Shown here one piece after another: positions 16,856 through 25,731 of a stretch of 64,000 bases of DNA; positions within the stretch are counted from its first letter, which is position 1, and the number at the start of each line of letters is the position of its first letter. The stretch is from a virus (taxonomy: Duplodnaviria > Caudoviricetes): positions 1 to 64,000 of the IMG/VR virus record IMGVR_UViG_3300033066_002242. One strand, 5' to 3'. The notes under the pieces were generated by a model. That model worked only from the letters and a program-made list of their open reading frames with translations. It ran no database searches and had not been told where the DNA came from. The position numbers and the translations under genes are program-made.

Positions 16856-17190
16856 TCCTGGTGCCGGTGAAGACCGCCGAGCTGACCGGCCGCGCCTTGA
16901 ATTGGGCGACGGCTTTCTGCGATAACTACGATGAGGGTTGGCTGAAGCGTCACCTGCACTTGGTGGACAGCTACGCCTACTCCACGGACTGGAGCTTGCT
17001 GGGCGATGCCCTCCAGCGGTACGGCGTTGAATTGCGCTGCTCGGAGGACAAGGTCACCTGGTGGGCGGATACCCGTAACGACAGTGGCGCCGGGGTAGGG
17101 CCGACGCCGGGAATCGCCATCTGCCGCTGCATCATCTCCATCACCCACCCCGACTTCATCGACATCCCCGGAGAACTGCTATGCAACTGA
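16852..17190 (+). CDS. DUF2591/NinX-like protein
   Basis: ELTGRALNWA...YSTDW...GPTPGIAICRC. Confidence 0.75.
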   Translation: MILVPVKTAELTGRALNWATAFCDNYDEGWLKRHLHLVDSYAYSTDWSLLGDALQRYGVELRCSEDKVTWWADTRNDSGAGVGPTPGIAICRCIISITHPDFIDIPGELLCN

Positions 17191-17471
17191 ACCGATGCGC
17201 CGCCATCCGCCTGTACCGCAGCTTGTCGAACCTGGAAGACGGCCTGGGCCTCTCCGCACTGGAGCGGTTCATGGTTGCTCTCGGCGACGACGCCTCCGAG
17301 AAGGCGGAGAAGGCCAAGCACTGGCTGAACCTGCCCTTTGAGTCCGCCGGCGTCTCGGTGCGCTCCCAGGCCATAAGCCGCGGCAGTTTCGGGTTTTCCC
17401 TGGTCGTCGCCAACGAAGTTACCTTCCGGGTGGAAGACGTGTTCCACCCCGAGAAGTACCAAATACTGTGA
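17181..17471 (+). CDS. Hypothetical protein
   Basis: GGAG RBS. Confidence 0.7.
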   Translation: MQLNRCAAIRLYRSLSNLEDGLGLSALERFMVALGDDASEKAEKAKHWLNLPFESAGVSVRSQAISRGSFGFSLVVANEVTFRVEDVFHPEKYQIL

Positions 17472-17478
17472 GGCAGGC

Positions 17479-17682
17479 ATGAAGTACACAGTCTTGTGCG
17501 TCCGCAAAGATGGGCAGGTATGCACCGTATTACCTGACGATCAAGGTTGGTCACAGCCGTTCGACAGCAGGGAGGACGCTGAGGCCGTCAGAACTGCCAT
17601 GGAAGAACTGCACGGCAAGGCGGGGTACCGGTACTTGCTGGTGGAGGTGCCTGTTCAATTGTCAGCCTCCGAAACGGTATAA
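17479..17682 (+). CDS. Hypothetical protein
   Basis: GAGG RBS; stop lies inside promoter copy 5. Confidence 0.7.
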   Translation: MKYTVLCVRKDGQVCTVLPDDQGWSQPFDSREDAEAVRTAMEELHGKAGYRYLLVEVPVQLSASETV

Positions 17683-17711
17683 GTTCTCTAGAGAAGAACC
17701 ATACCGGTTCT
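17655..17711 (+). promoter_or_regulatory. Early promoter repeat copy 5
   Basis: TCAATT-N15-GGTATAAG; leader and RBS nearly identical to copy 1. Confidence 0.85.
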
Positions 17712-17728
17712 GACCTTTGGAGGGTGCC

Positions 17729-17917
17729 ATGAAGCATCCAGAATCTGTTGCAGAGGTTCGAGGACTGAACCTGGTGCCGGCAGTGATCGACCATCTGGTC
17801 GAGGAACTGCCGGAGCTCGGCGGCACATGGACGTGCTGCTGGTGCGGGTGTTCACAGCACATCCCGGAGGATTACCGGGGGCTGTGGATGGTCTGTGACT
17901 CCTGCGGCAGCGCGTAA
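17729..17917 (+). CDS. Small Zn-ribbon protein
   Basis: CCWC/CDSC motifs; own promoter and terminator. Confidence 0.75.
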   Translation: MKHPESVAEVRGLNLVPAVIDHLVEELPELGGTWTCCWCGCSQHIPEDYRGLWMVCDSCGSA

Positions 17918-17934
17918 GGCTGCGGGAGTCAACG

Positions 17935-17952
17935 GCCCCTGCGGGGGCTTTT
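17935..17952 (+). terminator. Intrinsic terminator
   Basis: GCCCC-tgcg-GGGGC-TTTT. Confidence 0.7.
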
Positions 17953-17979
17953 CCTATTTTCTCAATTTGAGGTGAAAAA

Positions 17980-18399
17980 ATGAAACATCGCATCGAAGTA
18001 CCCGAGGACCTGGACGTCCTGATCCGGGAATTGAAGGCCCTTTCCTGGGAAGTCGACGGGATTGGGGACGCCCTGCTGGGCGTCAAGGAGTTCGACCTCC
18101 AGGCAGAGTACTTGGCAGGAGGCCTGGTCAAGGTCACCTGCCAAGTGGTCGTATTTCCTAGGGACTTCGTGGGCAGCACGTCCACGACCTGGGTGGACAG
18201 CCTGACCCCATCCGAGCTGATACGGGGCGTCTTCGGAATCCTGACCGGCAAGAACACGGACGAGGGGACAGACCTCGACCCGCCGTTCAACCAGGTGACC
18301 GAGGTGCGCTACCTGCGCGCCCCGGACACCGATGAGGCGATCTCGCGATTCGTCACGGGTCACCTCATCCCGCTCCTGGAGCGGGCGGCGTCCCTGTAA
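17980..18399 (+). CDS. Hypothetical protein
   Basis: GAGGTG RBS. Confidence 0.8.
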   Translation: MKHRIEVPEDLDVLIRELKALSWEVDGIGDALLGVKEFDLQAEYLAGGLVKVTCQVVVFPRDFVGSTSTTWVDSLTPSELIRGVFGILTGKNTDEGTDLDPPFNQVTEVRYLRAPDTDEAISRFVTGHLIPLLERAASL

Positions 18400-18406
18400 C
18401 CCTTAC

Positions 18407-18433
18407 GACCGGGCATTGCGCCCGGTCTCTTTT
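18407..18433 (+). terminator. Intrinsic terminator
   Basis: GACCGGGC-attgc-GCCCGGTC-TCTTTT. Confidence 0.75.
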
Positions 18434-18459
18434 AGCCCCAATGCAGGTATAAGGCATTG
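18431..18459 (+). promoter_or_regulatory. Variant early promoter TTTAGC-N9-GGTATAAG
   Basis: Core octamer flanked by the inverted repeat CAATGC/GCATTG. Confidence 0.65.
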
Positions 18460-18472
18460 CAGGAGAAACACG

Positions 18473-18580
18473 ATGCAAGCCATCGACTCTGCGACTCTGG
18501 ACGTAGGCGACTACGAACCGGAAATGACACCGAAAGACGACGATCCACATTTCGTGGATTGGTACGAGCATGACTATTAA
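18473..18580 (+). CDS. 35-aa highly acidic peptide
   Basis: AGGAG RBS; MQAIDSATLDVGDYEPEMTPKDDDPHFVDWYEHDY. Confidence 0.7.
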   Translation: MQAIDSATLDVGDYEPEMTPKDDDPHFVDWYEHDY

Positions 18581-18591
18581 CGGAGAAAACC

Positions 18592-19671
18592 ATGTCCCAC
18601 TTTGTCTGCCTGGTGGTAGGAGATGACCACGAAGCCCTGTTGTCCCCCTTCCACGAGTTTGAGTGCACCGGCGTGGATGACGAATACGTCCAGGATATCG
18701 ACGTCACGGAAGAGCGTCTGGAAGAATACCTGAACGAGACCCGGACTTTCGTCGTCTTTCCGGATCGGTCGCGGTTCAGCGAATACGAGGAGCGCTTCTG
18801 GCAGACTCCTAGTGAGGCTGAAGAAGACATCTTCCGCCGGAAGGTCTTTGTGCAACCGGAGGGGACGACGCTGGAAGAACTCAAGGTCTGCAATGAGATG
18901 TCCTTCCTGGAGTGGCTGGAACGGGACCCCAAGGAACTGGTCACCCAAGACGTTCTCGACCTCTTCAAAGGCAAGTACCCGGAGCGCCTGAAGTACGGCT
19001 TCGTTGTGACCCGCGACACCTGGGACAACGAAGACCCGCAAGGCCGGGTGGCCAAGGTCATTCTCCGCACCAACCCCAACGCTCACTGGGACTGGTACGT
19101 CGTTGGCGGTCGCTGGAAAGGCTGGCTCAAAGCCAAGGAAGGGGCTCTGGTCGGCCACGGCGCTCCGGGTACATTCGGTGGCGGGCGTCAAGACGGCGAG
19201 CCGGGTCATTGCGACCAGGCCCGCAAGCGCGACATTGACTTCGACGGCATGCGCGCCGTGGCCGAAGCCGATGCCGCAGAGCGCTACGACAAGGTGCACA
19301 GCATCGTGGGCGACCTGCGCTGGAAGCCGTGGGAGGAAGTCCGGGAGGCTCACGCTAACAGGGAAGACGCCCTCAAGGAGTACGATGAGCAGGAAGTCAT
19401 GGTCAAGCTGCGCGAAGGAGCCGGGGAATATATCTGGGGAGTCGACGACTTCCTGGCCCCCCGGGAGCAGTACCTGGCTGACGCCCGGCGCGATGCCTGC
19501 GTTCCCTACGCAGTGGTTGTCGACGGGCAATGGCACGAAAAGGGCCAGATGGGCTGGTGGGGCGTATCTTCCGGGGACATGTCCGATGAGGCATGGGCCG
19601 AAGAAGTCAACAAGCTGCTGGACGGCCTGGAAGACGATGAGCTTATCACCGTGGTGGACTGCCACATTTAA
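18592..19671 (+). CDS. Conserved-type phage protein (MSHF...WDWY..GGRW...MGWWG...VDCH)
   Basis: Recognisable motif set; RBS. Confidence 0.8.
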   Translation: MSHFVCLVVGDDHEALLSPFHEFECTGVDDEYVQDIDVTEERLEEYLNETRTFVVFPDRSRFSEYEERFWQTPSEAEEDIFRRKVFVQPEGTTLEELKVCNEMSFLEWLERDPKELVTQDVLDLFKGKYPERLKYGFVVTRDTWDNEDPQGRVAKVILRTNPNAHWDWYVVGGRWKGWLKAKEGALVGHGAPGTFGGGRQDGEPGHCDQARKRDIDFDGMRAVAEADAAERYDKVHSIVGDLRWKPWEEVREAHANREDALKEYDEQEVMVKLREGAGEYIWGVDDFLAPREQYLADARRDACVPYAVVVDGQWHEKGQMGWWGVSSGDMSDEAWAEEVNKLLDGLEDDELITVVDCHI

Positions 19672-19682
19672 GGAGCAAAGCA

Positions 19683-19949
19683 ATGCAACTTCCTGAAGAC
19701 ATCAAGACCTTGATCCATGAGTTGCGGACTCAGGACAACCGCGCCACCCACGCCCCGCAATATCAGGTGCGGCGGGATGACACGGACAAGATTATCAGCG
19801 GTGGAGTGTTTTTTACCAACAAGGCTGCGCAGAAGTTCAAGGAAGAACGCAGCTACGACCACCCGGAAGGGCTGCACATCTACGTCGCTTCCGGGTGGCG
19901 CAATGAGGAGTGGGAAGATATCCGTAACTTCCTGCTGTCGCTGACGTGA
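19683..19949 (+). CDS. Hypothetical phage protein (TQDNR.T motif)
   Basis: AAGGAG RBS. Confidence 0.75.
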   Translation: MQLPEDIKTLIHELRTQDNRATHAPQYQVRRDDTDKIISGGVFFTNKAAQKFKEERSYDHPEGLHIYVASGWRNEEWEDIRNFLLSLT

Positions 19950-20410
19950 CCGCCGCCATCAAACTCCAGAGTATCAAGGAACGTACACTGAGCATGCTGA
20001 AGCGCAGGTCCGATATCCTGGACGCGCACTTGAAGATGTACCAAAAAGTGCCTGCAGGCAAAGGAGACCTTTTGGCCTGCTTCTTGACCAGCGATGACTC
20101 CCAGGGGGCGTTGAAGGCTGCTTGGGAGTCGTACTACCTGGAGGAGGTGCTGAGGGTGACCAGCCTGGGAGAGCACTGCAACCTGACGGAGTTACACGCC
20201 CGTCTCCGCAACGAAGTGATGTGCCTGGCGGCCTCACCCTGCACTCATGGTGTAGGCGTTTGGCAGGGCATACGCGATGATAGCCGGAGGCAAGCGGCTG
20301 TTGAAGTACTGAACTGGCTTAGCGCCCTGCTTCCCATGCCCTTGGAGTCCCCATACCATGCAATACCTGAAACGCGAACCGCTGCTGGAAATTGTCAACC
20401 GCAAAATTAA
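19946..20410 (+). CDS. Helical hypothetical protein
   Basis: GTGA overlap. Confidence 0.7.
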   Translation: MTAAIKLQSIKERTLSMLKRRSDILDAHLKMYQKVPAGKGDLLACFLTSDDSQGALKAAWESYYLEEVLRVTSLGEHCNLTELHARLRNEVMCLAASPCTHGVGVWQGIRDDSRRQAAVEVLNWLSALLPMPLESPYHAIPETRTAAGNCQPQN

Positions 20411-20773
20411 GGCCCAGGAACACCAGATGATGTCCCTGGTCAAACACCTGCAGGAAAGCCCTGAGCACTTCTCCCTGTACTTGAGTCGCCATATGCAACT
20501 GTCCTGGCGGCGCACTTCGAGTGGATGTCGCTGCTCAGGCTGCGGGACGCTCTGGAGGCCACGGAGACGGACAAGGAAGGCATGGAGATGCTCCTCTACG
20601 TCCTGGAGTCCAGCGTCGACACTGCTCGGCACATGAACCGTCGGACGCCGGGATCCCCCAACGCGGTGGCCAACCTGGTGGAAGACGAGGAGCGCATAGC
20701 AGCCAACAAGTTCGTAGACTGGTTGGACGCTATGCGCAAGCATCATGGATACAACATTGAGGAGGTCACATGA
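20358..20773 (+). pseudogene. Probable single gene split by a 1-nt frameshift near 20495
   Basis: Overlapping ORFs 20358-20636 and 20525-20773; adding one G gives ...HMATVLAAHFEWMSLL... Confidence 0.5.
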
Positions 20774-21219
20774 CCGTTAACCCCCCCTGTATCCGCCGCG
20801 AAGCTTTCGCGGCGGACCTTAGCACTCGCATCGAGGCATCGGAACGCATCCTGCGCCGGTACCTGGACGACGTGAGAGACGACGGCTTATCCGTCTCCTT
20901 GCCGGGCCTTCCACTGGCGCTGCGAGAAGAGGAACGCTGTAACCTGCTGAAGCCTTTGCTCCGCAAGCTGCATGAGGGAGTGACAGATGCACAAGCCATG
21001 GACAGGACGATGGATGCCTTACGGGATATTCGCAAGGCGGTGGACTGGATGGCTACGCAAACCGGTGACAGTGACTCTGTCACTATCCTCGGATTCAACA
21101 GCTACCGGGTCGCCAAGGGCCAAGTCCTGGCCGTGCTGGAAGAGGCGCTGTTTGCCTACGGCTATTTCCCGGCGGAGACGCCGATCGGCCCCTACACCAT
21201 GGCGGAGGAACAGCCATGA
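20770..21219 (+). CDS. Helical hypothetical protein
   Basis: GGAGG RBS; ATGA overlap. Confidence 0.75.
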   Translation: MTVNPPCIRREAFAADLSTRIEASERILRRYLDDVRDDGLSVSLPGLPLALREEERCNLLKPLLRKLHEGVTDAQAMDRTMDALRDIRKAVDWMATQTGDSDSVTILGFNSYRVAKGQVLAVLEEALFAYGYFPAETPIGPYTMAEEQP

Positions 21220-21626
21220 GAACGCGCAAGGTAACGGTAGATGACGTGAAAAGCGGGCGCATCACCAAGGACTCCGTGCTCTATACTCAGGATCCTGGTG
21301 GAGAGCCTGAACTGGTGAAGCCTGACATACTGGAAGTGGTGCGCGATCGCATCTTCCTGGTGGAGTACGAGTATGCTGCAGGAAATCAGGGCCTGCTTTG
21401 TTTCGACGCGCAGGGGGAGAGCATCTATACAAATATGGAGCTAAGGACTGAATCTCCATATCGCCTGGTCATCCTCCGGTTTGAAGACAACGCCCTGTTC
21501 CGCGTATCTGATCACTCTGTTCTTTCTGAGGCGGATAGCGCCCTGCGGTCACTGCGAGCAACGGATGGGTCGAGTACCTACCACCTGATTGATGCTGACG
21601 ACCCTGATTGGAGACCTTCATGCTGA
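21216..21626 (+). CDS. Hypothetical protein
   Basis: GGAGG RBS; ATGA overlap. Confidence 0.75.
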   Translation: MRTRKVTVDDVKSGRITKDSVLYTQDPGGEPELVKPDILEVVRDRIFLVEYEYAAGNQGLLCFDAQGESIYTNMELRTESPYRLVILRFEDNALFRVSDHSVLSEADSALRSLRATDGSSTYHLIDADDPDWRPSC

Positions 21627-22009
21627 TTCACGACAAACAAATGGCGCTGGCGCTGTGCAACCTGCAGTGCAGCCTGGCCATGCTGCTCAAGCTGGATGTT
21701 GCATTTCCGGTTGCTTGCAGCTTTCTGGTCATGGAGTACCTGATCGAAGCGGAGCACGAGGAAGTACGCGACCTGATGTCTTCCATGGAGGACCGGTACC
21801 TGGAGTCCTATGGGGCCGTCTCTCTGGAGGACGAAAACGGCAGTGTCGCGACTATCGGCTTCCGCAGCATGCTCTCTCCCTTGGATGTCTGGAAGCTGTC
21901 CTTCAAGACGCACAGCAACCCCGCAGGGCCCTGCTTTAAACTTACCCACCATATAGAAGACCGCATCGATGGCACACAAACCGCAAGCGCTGGCGTTCAA
22001 GCGCAGTGA
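21620..22009 (+). CDS. Hypothetical protein
   Basis: GGAG RBS. Confidence 0.65.
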   Translation: MLIHDKQMALALCNLQCSLAMLLKLDVAFPVACSFLVMEYLIEAEHEEVRDLMSSMEDRYLESYGAVSLEDENGSVATIGFRSMLSPLDVWKLSFKTHSNPAGPCFKLTHHIEDRIDGTQTASAGVQAQ

Positions 22010-22679
22010 CGTCAACTTCCTGCTGGAAGACATCCGGCATCTGATGCTGCCCGGCGGCGTGTATGTGCTGGACTTTGAAGGCAAGGAAGCCTTCGCCAAG
22101 TGGTGCGACGTCAACGAGTTGCTGGCCTGGTTCGGCCCGCGGTCGCACATCGAGGGCGATGCCAACTTCTTGCAGGTCATCCCCTACGGCGTTATCCGCG
22201 ACCCTTGGTGCAACATCTTGGGATACAACCGGGCGGCTGGGGCCGGTGAGCAGCGTCTGGCCGGTCGCTTCTCCATCGGCTTTGGCGGCCACGTCGAGAT
22301 CAAGGATTGGCGTCCGGACCTGACGCTGCCCAACGCCTTGGCGCTGACGCTGGAGCGGGAGATCGCGGAGGAAGTGTCCCTGGTGTGGGAGGCAGACGGA
22401 GGCAGAGGAACCTACCACCCGGATATTGCCATCCTCGACTCTCCGATCGCCATCGTCCTCGACCCCACCACGGAAGTGGGCCGCTGTCACCTGGGCGTGG
22501 TCTATCAGATCGACACCCCCCGCTCTCACTGGGGAGACAACGCAATCCTGGTCGCGGAAAGCAACGAACCTGACCAGGTTGTGGCGCCTCGCTGGCTGAC
22601 GCCGGACGATGCCATGGAAGAAGCAAGACCGGAGGACTGGACCCGCCTCCTGCTGCAGCACCACCTCATTTTTACCTGA
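21969..22679 (+). CDS. Nudix hydrolase (YmaB-like)
   Basis: QVIPY...GEQRL.G..SIGFGGHVE...LEREIAEEV...VGRCHLG. Confidence 0.8.
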   Translation: MAHKPQALAFKRSDVNFLLEDIRHLMLPGGVYVLDFEGKEAFAKWCDVNELLAWFGPRSHIEGDANFLQVIPYGVIRDPWCNILGYNRAAGAGEQRLAGRFSIGFGGHVEIKDWRPDLTLPNALALTLEREIAEEVSLVWEADGGRGTYHPDIAILDSPIAIVLDPTTEVGRCHLGVVYQIDTPRSHWGDNAILVAESNEPDQVVAPRWLTPDDAMEEARPEDWTRLLLQHHLIFT

Positions 22680-22786
22680 GAGAAAACTGCTATAAAGCGT
22701 ATCCGTGAACTGGAGCAGGAGTTGCGCCAGCTGAAGTAATCCAGGAGGGCCCGCTTTGGGCTCTCTTCTTTTTAAGGGGGAACACC

Positions 22787-23062
22787 GTGACCAAGTTTCC
22801 ATCCGGCGTGATCTGCACGACGCCCGGCATCAATGACCTGATTCAGAAACGCAACATCAACATCCACGACTACCTCCGACGCCACCTGAGCGGTGACTGG
22901 GGCGATTGCAGCGCGACGGACAAAAAGTCCAACGACGCCGCCCTGGAAGACGGCGACCGCTTGTTCTCGGTGTATGGCCTGGCCCCGGCTGCGGACCGTA
23001 TCTGGATCATCACTGAAGCTGACCGCAGCGCCACGACGGTGCTATTGCCCGAGGAGTACTGA
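22787..23062 (+). CDS. Conserved plasmid/phage small protein
   Basis: TPG...RH.SGDWGD...N..A...RLFSVY...IWIITEADRS.TT.LLP.EY. Confidence 0.8.
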   Translation: MTKFPSGVICTTPGINDLIQKRNINIHDYLRRHLSGDWGDCSATDKKSNDAALEDGDRLFSVYGLAPAADRIWIITEADRSATTVLLPEEY

Positions 23063-23063
23063 T

Positions 23064-23354
23064 ATGGCGGTTATCAAAGAAGGGTTCCTGCTGCGCATGG
23101 CGGATGGCCTATTCCTCGGCGTCGAAGTCATGCAGAAAAGCGACCTTAGTATCAGGTTCGCCTACCCTGGGAATACCCCGGACTGGAAATCCGTCGACCC
23201 TGTCACCTTCCCAAGAGTGGGAGAGATCATGGCTGACCTCAAGGCTCGTGGCAGGGAGCTGCCGGTAGAGGTGGCCTGGGTGCAGTACACGATGGAAGTC
23301 GAGTACCGCGCCATGCACCTTGAAGACTTTTTACCGAAGGAGGTGCAGTCGTGA
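23064..23354 (+). CDS. Hypothetical protein
   Basis: GAGGAG RBS. Confidence 0.75.
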   Translation: MAVIKEGFLLRMADGLFLGVEVMQKSDLSIRFAYPGNTPDWKSVDPVTFPRVGEIMADLKARGRELPVEVAWVQYTMEVEYRAMHLEDFLPKEVQS

Positions 23355-23674
23355 TCCTGCCCGATGATGTCACCTCTGCGGAACTCCGCGCCTTGAAAGC
23401 CATCCGCCTTTGCCCGAATCGAACCGGGGACGTGCCCCGCATCCTCCGGGCTGCAGGGCTGGATGCCTACTACAAGATGAGCGTCGGCAAGACCCTGCAC
23501 TCCATGGAACGGAAAGGCATGGTTGCGTCGCGCGCCACCGGCAACACACGGTTTTCTACCAAGTCCTGGCACCTGACCAACCTGGGCAACGCAGTCCACG
23601 ATCACCTGGAACTCGGCTGCCCAATAACGGAGGAGATGGAACGTGAATTCTTCGCAAAAAGAGATGGCGGCTGA
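23351..23674 (+). CDS. Winged-helix DNA-binding protein
   Basis: SVGKTLHSMERKGMV...WHLTNLG. Confidence 0.6.
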   Translation: MILPDDVTSAELRALKAIRLCPNRTGDVPRILRAAGLDAYYKMSVGKTLHSMERKGMVASRATGNTRFSTKSWHLTNLGNAVHDHLELGCPITEEMEREFFAKRDGG

Positions 23675-23948
23675 CGTCGTCGACAAGCTGCGTCAAGCGT
23701 CTTCCCGCTACACCACCCTGTTGGACGACATCCGCACCGCAGCGTCTCGGCGGGAGGTCATCCTCAAGGACATGGAAGAGGTAGCCAAAAGCCACCCCAG
23801 TGCCAATCTGATGATAGGCGGACACGCGCTCTGCTCCATAGGACGATCAGATGTCGTCTCCTTGCTGCAGACGAGTCTGCAGCAGGAAGACAACAAGCTG
23901 GCGGCCCTGATTTCCAAGGCGGAAGCTGTGCTCCAGGAGGGCAGCTAA
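23664..23948 (+). CDS. Coiled-coil hypothetical protein
   Basis: Tight packing. Confidence 0.65.
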   Translation: MAADVVDKLRQASSRYTTLLDDIRTAASRREVILKDMEEVAKSHPSANLMIGGHALCSIGRSDVVSLLQTSLQQEDNKLAALISKAEAVLQEGS

Positions 23949-24484
23949 TGAACCTGCACTATTACGCAACGAGCGACCCGGACACGATTCGTGGCATGGA
24001 GGAGTTCCGGGCCAGGATCAAGGCGGCGCGCCAGCTGATTGCGGAGAAATTCCGCGAACGGCTGGGTGTCAAGGACGTGGTGCTGATGCAGAACCGGGAC
24101 GCCGGCGCCATGATCGCCGGTGCTGTGTTTGAAGAAGGCCAGCGTGACAACAACTTGTGGATAAGCTGCGGCTACTCCAAGTTTGAGTCATACCGCCCCC
24201 GTCACCGGCCGCTGAAGGTGATCCCTGGGTCAGCGCAGGACCTCAAAGCGCTGCGGGGTATCTGGAAGGAGATGCTGGACGCTGTGCCTACCATCCCGGC
24301 AACCCTGTGGACGGACCCCCTGGGATTGGCCAAGACCGACATATGGAACAACAGCCTGGTGGTGAACCTGGTACTGGACAAGGCCGTCATTCGCACATCT
24401 GCCGTCCTGCAGGGCGACAAGTTTCAGGAGATCACAGCCTCGGAGTATGAAGGTCTGATGCTGGCAGAGGGGAGGGTGCCATGA
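23948..24484 (+). CDS. Eac-like phage protein
   Basis: YATSDPD...EITASEY; similar to 14311-14910. Confidence 0.5.
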   Translation: MNLHYYATSDPDTIRGMEEFRARIKAARQLIAEKFRERLGVKDVVLMQNRDAGAMIAGAVFEEGQRDNNLWISCGYSKFESYRPRHRPLKVIPGSAQDLKALRGIWKEMLDAVPTIPATLWTDPLGLAKTDIWNNSLVVNLVLDKAVIRTSAVLQGDKFQEITASEYEGLMLAEGRVP

Positions 24485-25005
24485 CTTTCCACGTCTCGGA
24501 GATTGTCAAGCTGCGCCTTCCCAACTTCGTGCGTCGTGTAGGGTACTCCGTGATTCCCTCTGAGATACAGGAGGAGATCGAGGTCAACGCGGAGGTGGAT
24601 GCCGCTTTTCGCGCCCTAGTGCCTGGCGGCGGTGCACGCGCCAAACAGATGTTCTGCCAGGGACTGGCTAGGGCACGTGCCAACGCATCCGGGTACGGAG
24701 GAGACAAGCGCAGCATTCACTACTGGGCGGCAGGCCCGTGGCAAGATAGCTGGAAGGGTTCCCGGGTCATGCTCATGGACCGCAAAGTAGCGTATACCGG
24801 TACCTATGATGGCAGGGATCCTCCCGAGCTTCTCAACCGCAAGGCGGTAGTCCTGTGGCAGGTGTGGCCCTGCTCCTTCCCTCGGAATATGCCTTGGGAT
24901 CCTGGAAACTCCGCTCACCTCAAAACCCTGCAGGCAGACTACGACACCGACTATATGAAACACGCCTTGTGGGTGGAGGCATCTTCCCTGGAGAAAATAT
25001 CGTGA
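24481..25005 (+). CDS. Hypothetical protein
   Basis: ATGA overlap; RBS. Confidence 0.7.
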   Translation: MTFHVSEIVKLRLPNFVRRVGYSVIPSEIQEEIEVNAEVDAAFRALVPGGGARAKQMFCQGLARARANASGYGGDKRSIHYWAAGPWQDSWKGSRVMLMDRKVAYTGTYDGRDPPELLNRKAVVLWQVWPCSFPRNMPWDPGNSAHLKTLQADYDTDYMKHALWVEASSLEKIS

Positions 25006-25379
25006 ATGTGAACAGCGCCATGAGCCAAGTCGCCGCCGCCGTCAAGGCGTTTCAAGGGCAGACCAAGGGCAAGGAATTCCAGGTGACCAGCGTCAAGGCT
25101 AGTCAAGATGATACGGTACTGGAGGTGACCGTAAAGTGCGTCAGACGGCCTACCATGGTAGCCGAGGTAGCCGACAGGATACTAGCGGTGCGTACCAAGA
25201 ACGTACCCATTACAGCCTTGGTGTTCAGCAAGAGCAGCTTTGACAGGCTGAAGCAGGAGTTGCAAGACGTGACCTCCGCGTCCCTTGGCGTTAGGACGCC
25301 GTACCATACTACCTACCTGGGCTATCGTGTCCTGATAGACCCGAGCACCCTTCGTGACGATCATCTCGAAGCCTTATAA
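25002..25379 (+). CDS. Hypothetical protein
   Basis: GTGA overlap; GGAG RBS. Confidence 0.65.
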   Translation: MNVNSAMSQVAAAVKAFQGQTKGKEFQVTSVKASQDDTVLEVTVKCVRRPTMVAEVADRILAVRTKNVPITALVFSKSSFDRLKQELQDVTSASLGVRTPYHTTYLGYRVLIDPSTLRDDHLEAL

Positions 25380-25536
25380 ATCCAGGCGCCGGGGCAAGAC
25401 CCGGTACGTGTGTGTTGGCGACCCGTTCTCGGGTCACATCCTGTACTTTCCAGCAGACCAGGTGTCTGCCTGGTTCCGGGCGGGATCCTGGGGTGTAGGC
25501 AGGTACGAGTCAGGACATTGGAAAGTCAGGGTATAA
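25354..25536 (+). CDS. Small basic hypothetical protein
   Basis: Fills the gap; stop lies within GGTATAAG. Confidence 0.5.
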   Translation: MTIISKPYKSRRRGKTRYVCVGDPFSGHILYFPADQVSAWFRAGSWGVGRYESGHWKVRV

Positions 25537-25561
25537 GATCTTTGGAGGCGTCCTTGCCTCC
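25530..25561 (+). promoter_or_regulatory. GGTATAAG promoter core with leader hairpin
   Basis: GGAGGC-gtcctt-GCCTCC follows the core. Confidence 0.6.
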
Positions 25562-25579
25562 TTTCATGGAGAAAAGACT

Positions 25580-25675
25580 ATGTTGCGCAAGTTCCACATT
25601 GGCCATTTCATGGCTGCTTTGAAAATCGCCGCCGTGTTTCTGGTACGCTGGGCCTTGCCCCGGTTTGCCCGGTAA
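25580..25675 (+). CDS. 31-aa cationic hydrophobic peptide (absent from ORF track)
   Basis: GGAG RBS; MLRKFHIGHFMAALKIAAVFLVRWALPRFAR. Confidence 0.7.
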   Translation: MLRKFHIGHFMAALKIAAVFLVRWALPRFAR

Positions 25676-25688
25676 CGACTGCACTATT

Positions 25689-25718
25689 CCACCCCCGCTC
25701 GGGGGTGGTTTCTTTTTT
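25689..25718 (+). terminator. Intrinsic terminator
   Basis: CCACCCCC-gctc-GGGGGTGG followed by T tract. Confidence 0.85.
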
Positions 25719-25731
25719 AGAGGAGAAAGGT

